Assembly: GCA_963801355.1 (NCBI GenBank)
Contig: CAWDEM010000004.1
Span: 736,001 to 800,000, forward strand
Length of the DNA stretch: 64,000 nt
Direction of reading: 5' to 3'
Origin: Ignavibacteriota bacterium
Lineage (GTDB): Bacteria > Bacteroidota > Ignavibacteria > UBA10030 > UBA6906
Under the pieces are notes generated by a model. It ran no database searches, was not told the origin of the DNA, and saw only the letters and a list, made by a program, of their open reading frames with translations. Shown piece after piece: positions 8,533-17,739 of the stretch. The stretch's first letter is position 1; each line of letters begins with the position of its first letter. The translations under genes were made by a program, and so were the position numbers.

Positions 8533-10613
8533 ACCCCAAATCGCATGGACCATTTCCTCCGTCCACCTTAATGGTGTGGACGTTGACCGACAGCGTGATT
8601 GAGCAGAGGGCAGCACTGGAATCGCAATTCCACGAGATACGCGAGTCGGGCTTCGGAGGGGTTGCGGTGTATGTGCGGTGCAGCCGCTACACTTGGAATG
8701 ACCCCCCTGCGCGCGCGGCGTTGCGTGCGGTCGGGCGATTATGCCGCCGCTACGGTATCGCCTGCTGGCTCGGGCCCGATCCGCGATTTGTCTCCCGGCA
8801 GCTCATCGGAAGAGAAGGAGGCATGGAGGTGCTGCTCTTCGGCAACCGGTCGCGTGCCGATCAGTTTCCGAACTTCGGGAGCATTCACGAGGGGCAGTTC
8901 TCCGTTCGCTGTGTCCTCGAGCCACGTCATGTGCACACACTCAATGAAGTCGCCATAGAGTACTATCCGCGGGGCATTGCCCGCGTATATGCCGTCCGAT
9001 TGCTCCCCGGGAAAGAAATGCCGGAGAAGGTGCTGGATATTACTGCCCACAGCTGTTTCTTCTACAACGCGCGGGCGCGGTATGTGGAGGCCTTTGGGAC
9101 CCTTCCGGATCTCCAGGGAGACGGGTGGAGTGTCCTCGCCTTCTTTCATGCGGAAACGAGTCACGTCGATTATTCCAACACATCGCAGATGCGCCGGTAT
9201 GCGGCGATGCTTGATACCCTGAAAAAGGAAGGATGTGCGGCGGACGGCATCATGTGGGACGAGGCGGGCTTCACCTGTACGTACGGCACCTTGCCGTGCA
9301 CAGGGGAGATACTGAAGGAGTACCAGCGGCGTGCTGGAAAGCCCCTCTTTTCTGATCTCTGGAAGCTGGCGCTTCCTGCTCCGAATGGAAGCCACATCCG
9401 CGTGCGATGTGCGTACTACGGATCTGTGCAGCGGACGTTGAACGCCGCCAACCGGGTGACAACAAAGCAGGTGCAGCGATTGTGGGGCGCACGGACGGTG
9501 TCGGGGATTCACGACACGTGGCATTTTGAATCTGCCGACATGTGCGACATGAACCATGGCAGCCTCGATCTCTGGGAGGCAATGAAGGCCAAAACAGGCG
9601 GTTTCGTGGATATCGGAGGGATCGATCAACTGCGTGCGCCGGACGCGCCGTGGTATGCCAACCTCGCTGCGATGAACGTTATATGCGCGTCATTGGGAAA
9701 AATGAGCACGGGGCGATACGCCTACAATAATCTCTGGACTGTCGGTGACGATGGAGGGGAAGGGTGGCAGACAACGGTCATGGACTACTGTGTTGATACA
9801 ATGGCGATCTTCGGTCTACGGTGGATGGCACACGCGTATGGTCCGGTCGGCACTATCGGCGAAGAACGGACTTTCCTCGGATCTCCGGAGCTTCCGGGAT
9901 ATCCACACCACAGTACCTGGCCGCATTTTCCGGAGTGGAATGTGCGATTGACCAAACATCACGAGGCGGTCGAACACAAGCTCCCGGAATCCCGGATTCT
10001 CGTCGTGTTTCCTGTTGAGACCCTCTATGCCCTTGCCGGGCCCGCCGCCGATACCGTCTCGGCCGGGGTGTTCCGGCTCATTCTCGCCCTGCTCGACAAT
10101 CATGTTCAGGTTGATGTGCACGCTCCTTCGTTGTGCCGTGAGGGCCGGTGGGTGAAGGATGAATTTGTTCTCCGAAAGACCCGCTACCGCGCCGTCATCC
10201 TCCCGTTCGCCGGGGTGCTCACAGAGGAGATCTGTTCCCGCATGCGGGCCGGCGGGAAGAATGTGTTCTGCATGGACGGAAAGCCCCGGCTTCTGACAAC
10301 AGGACGCGCGTGCAGGTGGACCCCAACGACTGAGGGGACTACCATCGTGTCGGCTCTCGATTGGTTGCACTCGTTGCCGGCGAGCAACGAGCTGGATGCG
10401 CCTGAAGGAAGCTGGGCAACGTTGACGCCGGTGCGCCGGGGGACCGTCGTCTCTCTCTGTCCGTCGAGGCACGGCTATACATTTTCGGGTGCCCTCCGGT
10501 ATCGCGACTCCACCGTTGAGCTGCCGGAGTGCTGCGGGTTGACCCGGGTCTTTTTCCCGCTCACAGGAGCACCGGTAATGGTGACCATCCGGATACGCAA
10601 GACATCTACGTGA
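8529..10613 (+). CDS. Divergent GH106-like glycoside hydrolase
   Basis: N-terminal W...QFHEIRESGFGGVAVYVR resembles the GH106 start (compare ESMKHAGIGGAIIMEV in 60056 gene); DGIMWDE; GATase-like YRAVILP middle domain; ATGA overlap. Confidence 0.55.
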   Translation: MNPKSHGPFPPSTLMVWTLTDSVIEQRAALESQFHEIRESGFGGVAVYVRCSRYTWNDPPARAALRAVGRLCRRYGIACWLGPDPRFVSRQLIGREGGMEVLLFGNRSRADQFPNFGSIHEGQFSVRCVLEPRHVHTLNEVAIEYYPRGIARVYAVRLLPGKEMPEKVLDITAHSCFFYNARARYVEAFGTLPDLQGDGWSVLAFFHAETSHVDYSNTSQMRRYAAMLDTLKKEGCAADGIMWDEAGFTCTYGTLPCTGEILKEYQRRAGKPLFSDLWKLALPAPNGSHIRVRCAYYGSVQRTLNAANRVTTKQVQRLWGARTVSGIHDTWHFESADMCDMNHGSLDLWEAMKAKTGGFVDIGGIDQLRAPDAPWYANLAAMNVICASLGKMSTGRYAYNNLWTVGDDGGEGWQTTVMDYCVDTMAIFGLRWMAHAYGPVGTIGEERTFLGSPELPGYPHHSTWPHFPEWNVRLTKHHEAVEHKLPESRILVVFPVETLYALAGPAADTVSAGVFRLILALLDNHVQVDVHAPSLCREGRWVKDEFVLRKTRYRAVILPFAGVLTEEICSRMRAGGKNVFCMDGKPRLLTTGRACRWTPTTEGTTIVSALDWLHSLPASNELDAPEGSWATLTPVRRGTVVSLCPSRHGYTFSGALRYRDSTVELPECCGLTRVFFPLTGAPVMVTIRIRKTST

Positions 10614-10634
10614 CAAACGCGAGAGGAAGATGCC

Positions 10635-12965
10635 ATGGGTCCCCCTGTTCTTCTCGGCACGATCGATGTGCTGGCACCCGGATCACCCGGCGAAGCCTAT
10701 GCCGCCGCAATTCCTCCGGCGGTCCGGGGCGAAGTGACGTTGATTGTCGAATGCTCTGCGGAGGGTTTCCCGCTTGCAGAATACTGCTGCTCCGTGCGCC
10801 GGAAGGACCCCTCCGGGCCCTACACATTTTCCGGCATGGAGTTTTCCCGGGATCCTGCAGGCATCCGCGTCGGTCCGTGGCCGGGATGGCGTGGCATCCC
10901 CCGATTTCCGGCGTTGAGCATCCGGCACGGATCGGTGGAAGCCGAGGTTCGGGAAACATTCTGGGGGGATGAGATGCACAGTGCGATCGTGCGCTACGTC
11001 AGCCGGATAGTGTGCAACGGCGATGGCGGAATTACACTGTCCAGCCCTCATCCGTCGATTATCCCGCGGCGCGTGATTCTGTACCGCACTGTCGCTCTCA
11101 AGGCCGTCGACAGGGAGGTGTTCCTCCGGGAAGACCTGTCCAGCGTTCACCCCCGGCTCCTCCTCACCCCCAGGGACCTGCCGCTGCTTCGCCGCAAGGC
11201 CAGGGAGACACATGTCGTGTTGTGGAACAAGATCGCCGGGTTACTGCACTCTTGGAACCTGCCCTTCAATATAACCGCGGAAGCCAAGATCCCCGGTGGC
11301 CCCGAACGGCTCTCGTCTGAAGACCGAGTGGTCCTGTCGGCATTCAGTGCCATGATGTTTCCGGATGAGGATCGTGTCAGTCACGCCCTGGTTGCTTACA
11401 GCAACTATTGTGCGGAAACCGGACAGCCCGACTTTGAACCCCTGCACATCGATACGCAGGCCGGCGAAGTTCTTTTCACCCTCTGCCTCGGTTATGACTG
11501 GCTTGTCTCGTTCATGTCCCCGGGAGAGGAAAAAGCCGCCCGGCTCCGCATATGGGAAGTAGCCGACGTGTGTTTCGTACATCTTGGCAATGAACGGCGC
11601 GACTACGGACAGGCTCACTACCTCGGATGCGGACTCGGACTGCTTGCATGTTCTTTTCTCTTCTGGGAAGATCATCCACGGGCTCAAGAATGGGCGGCCT
11701 GGCTTCGTGGCTCTCTGGAATGTGCACTGCAATTGGTGCCCGAAGATGGATTTTATCCGCACGGCATCAACCTCTGGATCTATGAGTTTGGATTTCTCCT
11801 CCGCTGGGTTGAGATTGTGCGCACTTGCACGGGAGAAGATCTCTGGCACGGTCATCGGGGACTTGCACACGCATCACGTTTTCGTGCGGCCACGGTCTCT
11901 CCGGACGGGCTGTACGGAGCCACGTTCGGTGACCCACAGTACCGGACCGGCGGTGACAGCTGGTGCCATTTCCTGATCGCTGCCCGCACCGGATCGACTG
12001 AAGCTCAATGGGTGGGCAGGCTGCTGGAAAATCTTCCACACGCGGGCGTGGATTTCCGCAGTATCCCGGCGCGACGGCGGCTCTATGAATTTCTCTTCCA
12101 CGATCCAGCCATTCAGGCCCGCCCGCCGGAATCCGGCTTTTATCATTTTCCCGACGGAGGGCAAGTCTGTATGCGCACTGGGAATTCGGTCTTCACCCTG
12201 CGCTCCGGGCCCCCCCTCGGCATGCACCGGTACACGCAGGGAGAATATGGCGCCTATGGCCATGGGGACCCTGCAAATGGTTCATTCTTGATTTTTAGTG
12301 GTGGAGTGTTTCTCGCGAACGGTTCCGGACCCGTCTATAGAAGAGATACACGTCTCCACAATGTAGTCACAATCGATGGCCAGGGTCAGATCGGCGATTC
12401 CAGCGTGTGGTTGCCGGATTTCTTCCCTCCGGAGACACTCGCCCTGCGTCCCGAAGTGCGAAACCATGGGACGAGAGTTGACATCTCGGTGGATCTGACA
12501 TCGGCCTACCTCCGGCACCTCGGTGTGCAGTACTATCGCCGGGCGCTCTGTGCGGAAAGCGATCAGTTTGTCGCCGGCGTCGACATCATCCGGTGCGATG
12601 CCCCCCGATCGCTGGAATGGAATGCCCACTCCTGGGAGGAATTTGTTCCGATTCCGTCGAATGATCCGGTGCTTTACAGCCTGGGCCACAGAATCCGCCT
12701 GGCGGTGTTTGCCCCGCAGGCGGTATCATGGTCCTCCGCACTCACGGAATTTGTCCCTGCATATCCCAACGACGGAAGGAGAGACTTCCACCTGGAGGGC
12801 CGGGTCACTTCGACCGCAGCACGATTCGTCTGGTGCTATGCATTCGCGCCGAATGTACAACCACGCCTCATCCCCGGCACTGATGATCTGTTTCGATTGA
12901 TGGTGCGCGACGACGTTGAGCTCTCATTCAACGGGCACTGGCTCTCGTGCAAAAGGCAGACGTGA
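10635..12965 (+). CDS. DUF4962 / heparinase II/III-family polysaccharide lyase-like protein
   Basis: HPRLLLTPRDL (DUF4962 start), DGFYPHGINLW, TFGD, GHGDPANGSFLI and LHNVVTIDGQGQ (Hepar_II_III); no signal peptide. Confidence 0.8.
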   Translation: MGPPVLLGTIDVLAPGSPGEAYAAAIPPAVRGEVTLIVECSAEGFPLAEYCCSVRRKDPSGPYTFSGMEFSRDPAGIRVGPWPGWRGIPRFPALSIRHGSVEAEVRETFWGDEMHSAIVRYVSRIVCNGDGGITLSSPHPSIIPRRVILYRTVALKAVDREVFLREDLSSVHPRLLLTPRDLPLLRRKARETHVVLWNKIAGLLHSWNLPFNITAEAKIPGGPERLSSEDRVVLSAFSAMMFPDEDRVSHALVAYSNYCAETGQPDFEPLHIDTQAGEVLFTLCLGYDWLVSFMSPGEEKAARLRIWEVADVCFVHLGNERRDYGQAHYLGCGLGLLACSFLFWEDHPRAQEWAAWLRGSLECALQLVPEDGFYPHGINLWIYEFGFLLRWVEIVRTCTGEDLWHGHRGLAHASRFRAATVSPDGLYGATFGDPQYRTGGDSWCHFLIAARTGSTEAQWVGRLLENLPHAGVDFRSIPARRRLYEFLFHDPAIQARPPESGFYHFPDGGQVCMRTGNSVFTLRSGPPLGMHRYTQGEYGAYGHGDPANGSFLIFSGGVFLANGSGPVYRRDTRLHNVVTIDGQGQIGDSSVWLPDFFPPETLALRPEVRNHGTRVDISVDLTSAYLRHLGVQYYRRALCAESDQFVAGVDIIRCDAPRSLEWNAHSWEEFVPIPSNDPVLYSLGHRIRLAVFAPQAVSWSSALTEFVPAYPNDGRRDFHLEGRVTSTAARFVWCYAFAPNVQPRLIPGTDDLFRLMVRDDVELSFNGHWLSCKRQT

Positions 12966-15388
12966 ACAACAAGCCCGACGCACGTGTTGACCAGGGTTGC
13001 TGGATCTCCGACGACAGGACCTACGCGTTCATCTCGTCGGAGACCAGCAGCGTCGGCGAAATCGGGTATCACGGCGTGCAGCCTGTGAGCCGCAATTCGC
13101 GGGTGCTCGCGGGGGGAGAAGGAGTCCTTCAATTCCGGGTGCGCGATCGCGCGGGAACGGAGCATCCGCTGCACTTTGTGGACATTGATTGGACACCAGG
13201 TCTCGTAGTTGTGAGAGGCGCCTCTCCGATCGGCCGGTGCGATCTTTCTATCACGACAGCCGGACGTCGACTTATCATTATCGCTTCTCCGGTGGGGGCT
13301 CAGGGCGTCGCTTTCGTGGTGTTCTTCCACGCGAGCTCGCTGTTGATGGACGTGCACGGACACCGGGCATGGTCTGCGGGCGACCCCTCCGATTCTCATG
13401 CAGTGTTCCGGTTCCGTGATACAATAATTCTTGGCGAATGGATCAAACGCGCCGGTCCGTACGCCGGAGATTTCCTGATACCCGAGCCGCTGCGCCGCAA
13501 GATATTCCGGCGCGCGTGCCGTTCCGGATTCGCAACCGTGGACGATCTCCTGCCGGCGTATGTCGACTCTCCGGTGCCGGTCTACGACGCCGGTGTGACC
13601 GTGGTCCTCGGGGGAAGGAAGTATGCGAAGGAGGAGCGGGGCGAGGACCTGGCGTTTATTGCACCGGCTGCCGACGGGCTGAATCAGCCGGCGCCTTTTG
13701 TAGTAGAATTTATCGATGGATGCGACGGCGCTGCAACGGAAGACGATCCCGCTCTCGCCGCCGCGGAAGTCCGGGAACGCCATACGCATCGTTCGTCCAG
13801 CGCGCCTGTGTTGCACATCCCGGGTTTTCCGCTTATCGACAATTTTTTCGGGACGGTTCCGGGACTCGTCGAGTCTTGCGTCATCAAAGAGCATGGCATT
13901 CCCCGTGCTACGCCCGGGCGGTATTACTGGATCTGGGCCTGGGATGCCATGGTGACCGCGTCCGCGTCGTTGCGATGGGGGAATATGAGGGGAGCAGAGA
14001 CCACCCTCCGCTTTGTGCATCTTCACAGGGACGAAGGCGGTCTCATCCCGATGCAATGGACCCGTTCCCTGGATCCTCTCGACTCCCAGCCGCGCGGCTC
14101 CCTGGATGTTCTGCTGATGTCTCTCGCTCACTCTCTATATCTTGAGACACGGGACAAGCGAATCCTTGAAGAGGTGTATCCGACTATGACCGGACTTCTG
14201 GCGCAGCTCCGTGAAGAGTCTGATGCCGATGGTCTTTTCAGGAACATCGGTTTCTATCCGGATCTGCCCCGCCGGTTTGGCCGCACGGAATCCAGTGCGG
14301 TCGCCCTCGAAATCGGGAACTTCTATACGTTCTGCCGCACATGTGAGGATATTGCTCTCGTGATGGGGGACGAGGTTACATCCCGGCAGGCGCTTCACAT
14401 GGCTGAACGATTGGAAGCCTCGTTTCTGGCCCGCTTCTGGAACAATGACACGGGCTTTCTTGTGGATGCTGTTGATCTGATGTCCGGAGATCGCAACATC
14501 AGTCACCCCTTGTTCACCCTCATGTTTCTGCATTCGGCGCTGGGGTGGCCGCTTGTGCGACCGAAGATTGCCGCGTGTGCTGGATTCATCGCGCTGAATC
14601 ACCAGTCCTCGCTGGGCATGCGGCTCCTCCCGTCGTGGGACAGAAACGCACGGTCGGAGACAGCGACAGGTTCCTGGTATCCGCACTGGGATCTCTATGT
14701 GCTGAAAGTCCTGCGGAGAGCGGCCCGGGCGCCGGAGATCATGATGTGGCTGCAAAGCGTTCAGAGGGTCCTCGATCACCTGGGATATGCGCCGGAATTC
14801 CTCGCTCTGGATGGACTGAGTGAGACAGACAACAATTCCTGGCTCCGTCACGGGGCGCCGTCAAATCTGAATTGCGTCACCGGCTGGTATCAGGCGCTTC
14901 TCGAGGGTGTTGTCGGACTGGAGTTCGATCCGGGAGGCATCACTCTCATCCCGCTGGCGCTCCCCCTGGGTGAGGTGGTGTTATCCGGGATCCAGCATCG
15001 CGGAACGTTGTGGAATGTGAGGGTGCACAACAGCAGATCCGGCGACTGCTGTCTCTGTGTCGACGGTGAAGAAATACAGGGATGCATGAAGGTGCCGTCC
15101 CGGTATTCTTGCGGTGGCGAGCATCTACTCGAGGTCGTCTACGATGCAGTGTCCCGTCCGCGCCGCTTCATGGAGCTGGTCAATGCGGAATTGCTCGAGA
15201 CGGCCGTGGATGGGGAATCAGTGCTGGCGCACATCCGTGCCCTGGGCCGTGTCGATGCGGTGTACACTGCTCCGGCCCCGGGACGGTGTTTTCTGGATGA
15301 TGATGAAATAACCGGCGTTGAACATCTGTCCGAAAGAACGTACGCGGTGCGTCTCCGTATACGCGGCGAACATACATTGCGCATCTAG
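12962..15388 (+). CDS. (alpha/alpha)6-barrel glycoside hydrolase, GH63/MGH1/amylo-alpha-1,6-glucosidase-like
   Basis: YYWIWAWDAM general-acid motif, LEEVYP, FLARFWN..TGF..D, EGVVGLE...P tail; GTG start overlapping previous TGA. Confidence 0.7.
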   Translation: MNNKPDARVDQGCWISDDRTYAFISSETSSVGEIGYHGVQPVSRNSRVLAGGEGVLQFRVRDRAGTEHPLHFVDIDWTPGLVVVRGASPIGRCDLSITTAGRRLIIIASPVGAQGVAFVVFFHASSLLMDVHGHRAWSAGDPSDSHAVFRFRDTIILGEWIKRAGPYAGDFLIPEPLRRKIFRRACRSGFATVDDLLPAYVDSPVPVYDAGVTVVLGGRKYAKEERGEDLAFIAPAADGLNQPAPFVVEFIDGCDGAATEDDPALAAAEVRERHTHRSSSAPVLHIPGFPLIDNFFGTVPGLVESCVIKEHGIPRATPGRYYWIWAWDAMVTASASLRWGNMRGAETTLRFVHLHRDEGGLIPMQWTRSLDPLDSQPRGSLDVLLMSLAHSLYLETRDKRILEEVYPTMTGLLAQLREESDADGLFRNIGFYPDLPRRFGRTESSAVALEIGNFYTFCRTCEDIALVMGDEVTSRQALHMAERLEASFLARFWNNDTGFLVDAVDLMSGDRNISHPLFTLMFLHSALGWPLVRPKIAACAGFIALNHQSSLGMRLLPSWDRNARSETATGSWYPHWDLYVLKVLRRAARAPEIMMWLQSVQRVLDHLGYAPEFLALDGLSETDNNSWLRHGAPSNLNCVTGWYQALLEGVVGLEFDPGGITLIPLALPLGEVVLSGIQHRGTLWNVRVHNSRSGDCCLCVDGEEIQGCMKVPSRYSCGGEHLLEVVYDAVSRPRRFMELVNAELLETAVDGESVLAHIRALGRVDAVYTAPAPGRCFLDDDEITGVEHLSERTYAVRLRIRGEHTLRI

Positions 15389-15435
15389 CGCCGGCAGCCT
15401 CCCCATTGCGCGTGATATTTGCGAAAGGGTAGTCG

Positions 15436-17730
15436 ATGAGAATTGCAGCCCACATTCCTATTTGCGCGGCATGTCTTATCGTGATCGCTGCAGGCGAACT
15501 GCGACCGCAGCCTGCTGCAGCGGAAGCCGCAAAAACAGCACGATACAATGTTGTCTGGGATTCCCCCAGTAATGATTACACCGGATCAATGCCGTTGGGC
15601 AACGGCGACATCAGCGTGAATGGCTGGGTAGAAAAGTCGGGGGATCTGGTCTTCTATATTGGCAAAACCGACAGCTGGGACGACAATGGACGCCTGCTGA
15701 AGGTGGGACGCGTGCGCATACAATTGGATCCACCTCCTATCACTCCCCTGGAACAATTTCAGCAAACGCTCGGTCTTGTTGACGGCACAATCTCCGTCCG
15801 GTTCCGGGCGGGCGACAACACCGTATCCATGCAGATGTGGGTCGATGCCCATCACCCGGTTATCGAGGTCGAGATCAAGAGCGATCACGCCATCGCCGCC
15901 TCGGCAGCTGTCGAAATGTGGCGGACAAAGAAGGACACGCTGGCGAGCATTGAGGTCAGTGATACATTTTGTGATGCCAACGGCAAGAGCCGTGGACTCA
16001 CGATCGTCGAACCCGACGTCTTGCTTGCGAATCCTTCTGCAGGCATCGGCTGGTACCACCACAACAGCAAATCAGTCGGTCCGGCAATCAGCGCACAGCT
16101 GCAGGGCCTGCAGGGTTTTCCCCGCACCGATCCGCTCCTGCATCGCACGTTCGGAGCTGTCATCACCGCCCCGGGCTCCAGGAGGGTGGACGCCCGCCGA
16201 CTTTCACTGCCCCCGTCGGACCACCACCGGATCAGCACGTATGTCGTCACACAGCATCCCGCCTCGCCTGGACAGTGGCAGTCGACTATGGATAGTGTCA
16301 TCGCAAAGACGGAAGCTGTCCCGCGACATCAGAGGAAAGAAGCTCACATGCGCTGGTGGGAAGAGTTCTGGAACCGCAGCTGGATTCACGTGTATGCAGG
16401 GAGCGGGGCGAGCCGGAAGGATTCCGACGATGCCTTTCTCGTGAGCAGAGCATACGCCCTGCAGCGCTTCATCGCGGCGTGTGCCGGGAGGGGAAAGTTC
16501 CCCATCAAATTCAACGGCTCAATATTCACGGTGCCGGCTGCCGGCAAACCCGGCGATGCCGACTACCGGCAATGGGGCCCGGGATATTGGTGGCAGAACA
16601 CACGCCTCCCCTACATGAGCATGTGCACATCCGGTGATTGGGATCTGATCCAGCCGTTGTTTGCAATGTATGCGCAGGAGCTCATGCCGCTCTTCCGCTA
16701 CCGGACCCGGTTGTACACGAACCACGGTGGAGCCTTTGTCCCCGAGTGTATCCTGTTCTGGGGGGATGAGTTCAACGAAGTGTATGGCTGGACTCCGTAT
16801 GAACAGCGCTCGGACAAGCTCCAGGAGAACAGGTATCACAAATGGGAATGGGTGTCAGGCCCGGAGCTTGTATTTCTGATGCTCGACTACTATGACCACA
16901 CCCTTGATGCGGAGTTCCTGTCGCGTACGCTCTTGCCCACCGCCCATGAGATTCTGACGTTCTTCGATGAGCACTATGCGACCGACGCGATAGGCAAGCT
17001 GGTCATGTACCCCTCGCAGGCATGCGAAACCTGGTGGGAGTGCACGAATCCGATGCCTGAAATCGCCGGACTTCACGCGGTGCTCGAACGGCTCTCCGCT
17101 CTCCCCGGATCGCTCACCACGCCTCAGCTCCGCCGCTTCTGGAGTGTGTTGCGCAGCAAAATACCTGATCTCCCCACACGCACCGTTGAGGGAGTCACGA
17201 TGCTTGCCCCAGCCGACATCTTTGCGAACAAGCAGAACATCGAGAACCCTGAACTCTATGCTGTTTACCCATTCCGTCTCGTCGCATTCGAGAAACCAAA
17301 CAAGAAATTGGGGAGTGCCGCGCTGAAATATCGTGAAGACCGTGGCAACTTCGGGTGGCGTCAGGATGACATTTTCATGGCATACCTGGGTATGGCCGAC
17401 TCCGCGAAACAGTACACTATCGGACGTGCAAGCAAGAGCCATGCGGAGTCCAGATTTCCGGCATTCTGGGGACCGAATTATGATTGGGTGCCTGATCAGG
17501 ACCACGGTAGTGTCCTGCTCAAAACACTACAGGCCATGCTCCTTCAGAGTGATGGACGCACATGCTATCTCCTGCCGGCCTGGCCGGAGGGATGGAATGT
17601 GGATTTCAAACTTCATGCGCCGTTCAATACCACGATTGCGGGTGTGGTTCACAACGGGAAGGTCGTACATCTTACGACCGTCCCGGAGACCAGATCCGGA
17701 GATGTCATTATCCTGAACCCCCGGGAATGA
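15436..17730 (+). CDS. Secreted DUF5703 / GH95-like glycoside hydrolase
   Basis: Signal peptide; SMPLGNGDI, H..WWEEFWNRS, PIKFNGSIF, WWQNTRLPY, NIENPELYAVYPF, LQAMLLQS..LLPAWP. Confidence 0.8.
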   Translation: MRIAAHIPICAACLIVIAAGELRPQPAAAEAAKTARYNVVWDSPSNDYTGSMPLGNGDISVNGWVEKSGDLVFYIGKTDSWDDNGRLLKVGRVRIQLDPPPITPLEQFQQTLGLVDGTISVRFRAGDNTVSMQMWVDAHHPVIEVEIKSDHAIAASAAVEMWRTKKDTLASIEVSDTFCDANGKSRGLTIVEPDVLLANPSAGIGWYHHNSKSVGPAISAQLQGLQGFPRTDPLLHRTFGAVITAPGSRRVDARRLSLPPSDHHRISTYVVTQHPASPGQWQSTMDSVIAKTEAVPRHQRKEAHMRWWEEFWNRSWIHVYAGSGASRKDSDDAFLVSRAYALQRFIAACAGRGKFPIKFNGSIFTVPAAGKPGDADYRQWGPGYWWQNTRLPYMSMCTSGDWDLIQPLFAMYAQELMPLFRYRTRLYTNHGGAFVPECILFWGDEFNEVYGWTPYEQRSDKLQENRYHKWEWVSGPELVFLMLDYYDHTLDAEFLSRTLLPTAHEILTFFDEHYATDAIGKLVMYPSQACETWWECTNPMPEIAGLHAVLERLSALPGSLTTPQLRRFWSVLRSKIPDLPTRTVEGVTMLAPADIFANKQNIENPELYAVYPFRLVAFEKPNKKLGSAALKYREDRGNFGWRQDDIFMAYLGMADSAKQYTIGRASKSHAESRFPAFWGPNYDWVPDQDHGSVLLKTLQAMLLQSDGRTCYLLPAWPEGWNVDFKLHAPFNTTIAGVVHNGKVVHLTTVPETRSGDVIILNPRE

Positions 17731-17739
17731 TCCGCTTTC

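Noticed and set aside
788-14131. Long antisense ORFs such as 788-1675, 2469-3512, 5892-6995, 8739-9629 and 12836-14131
   Set aside because: Fully overlap well-supported + strand genes; expected stop-poor shadows at this GC content.
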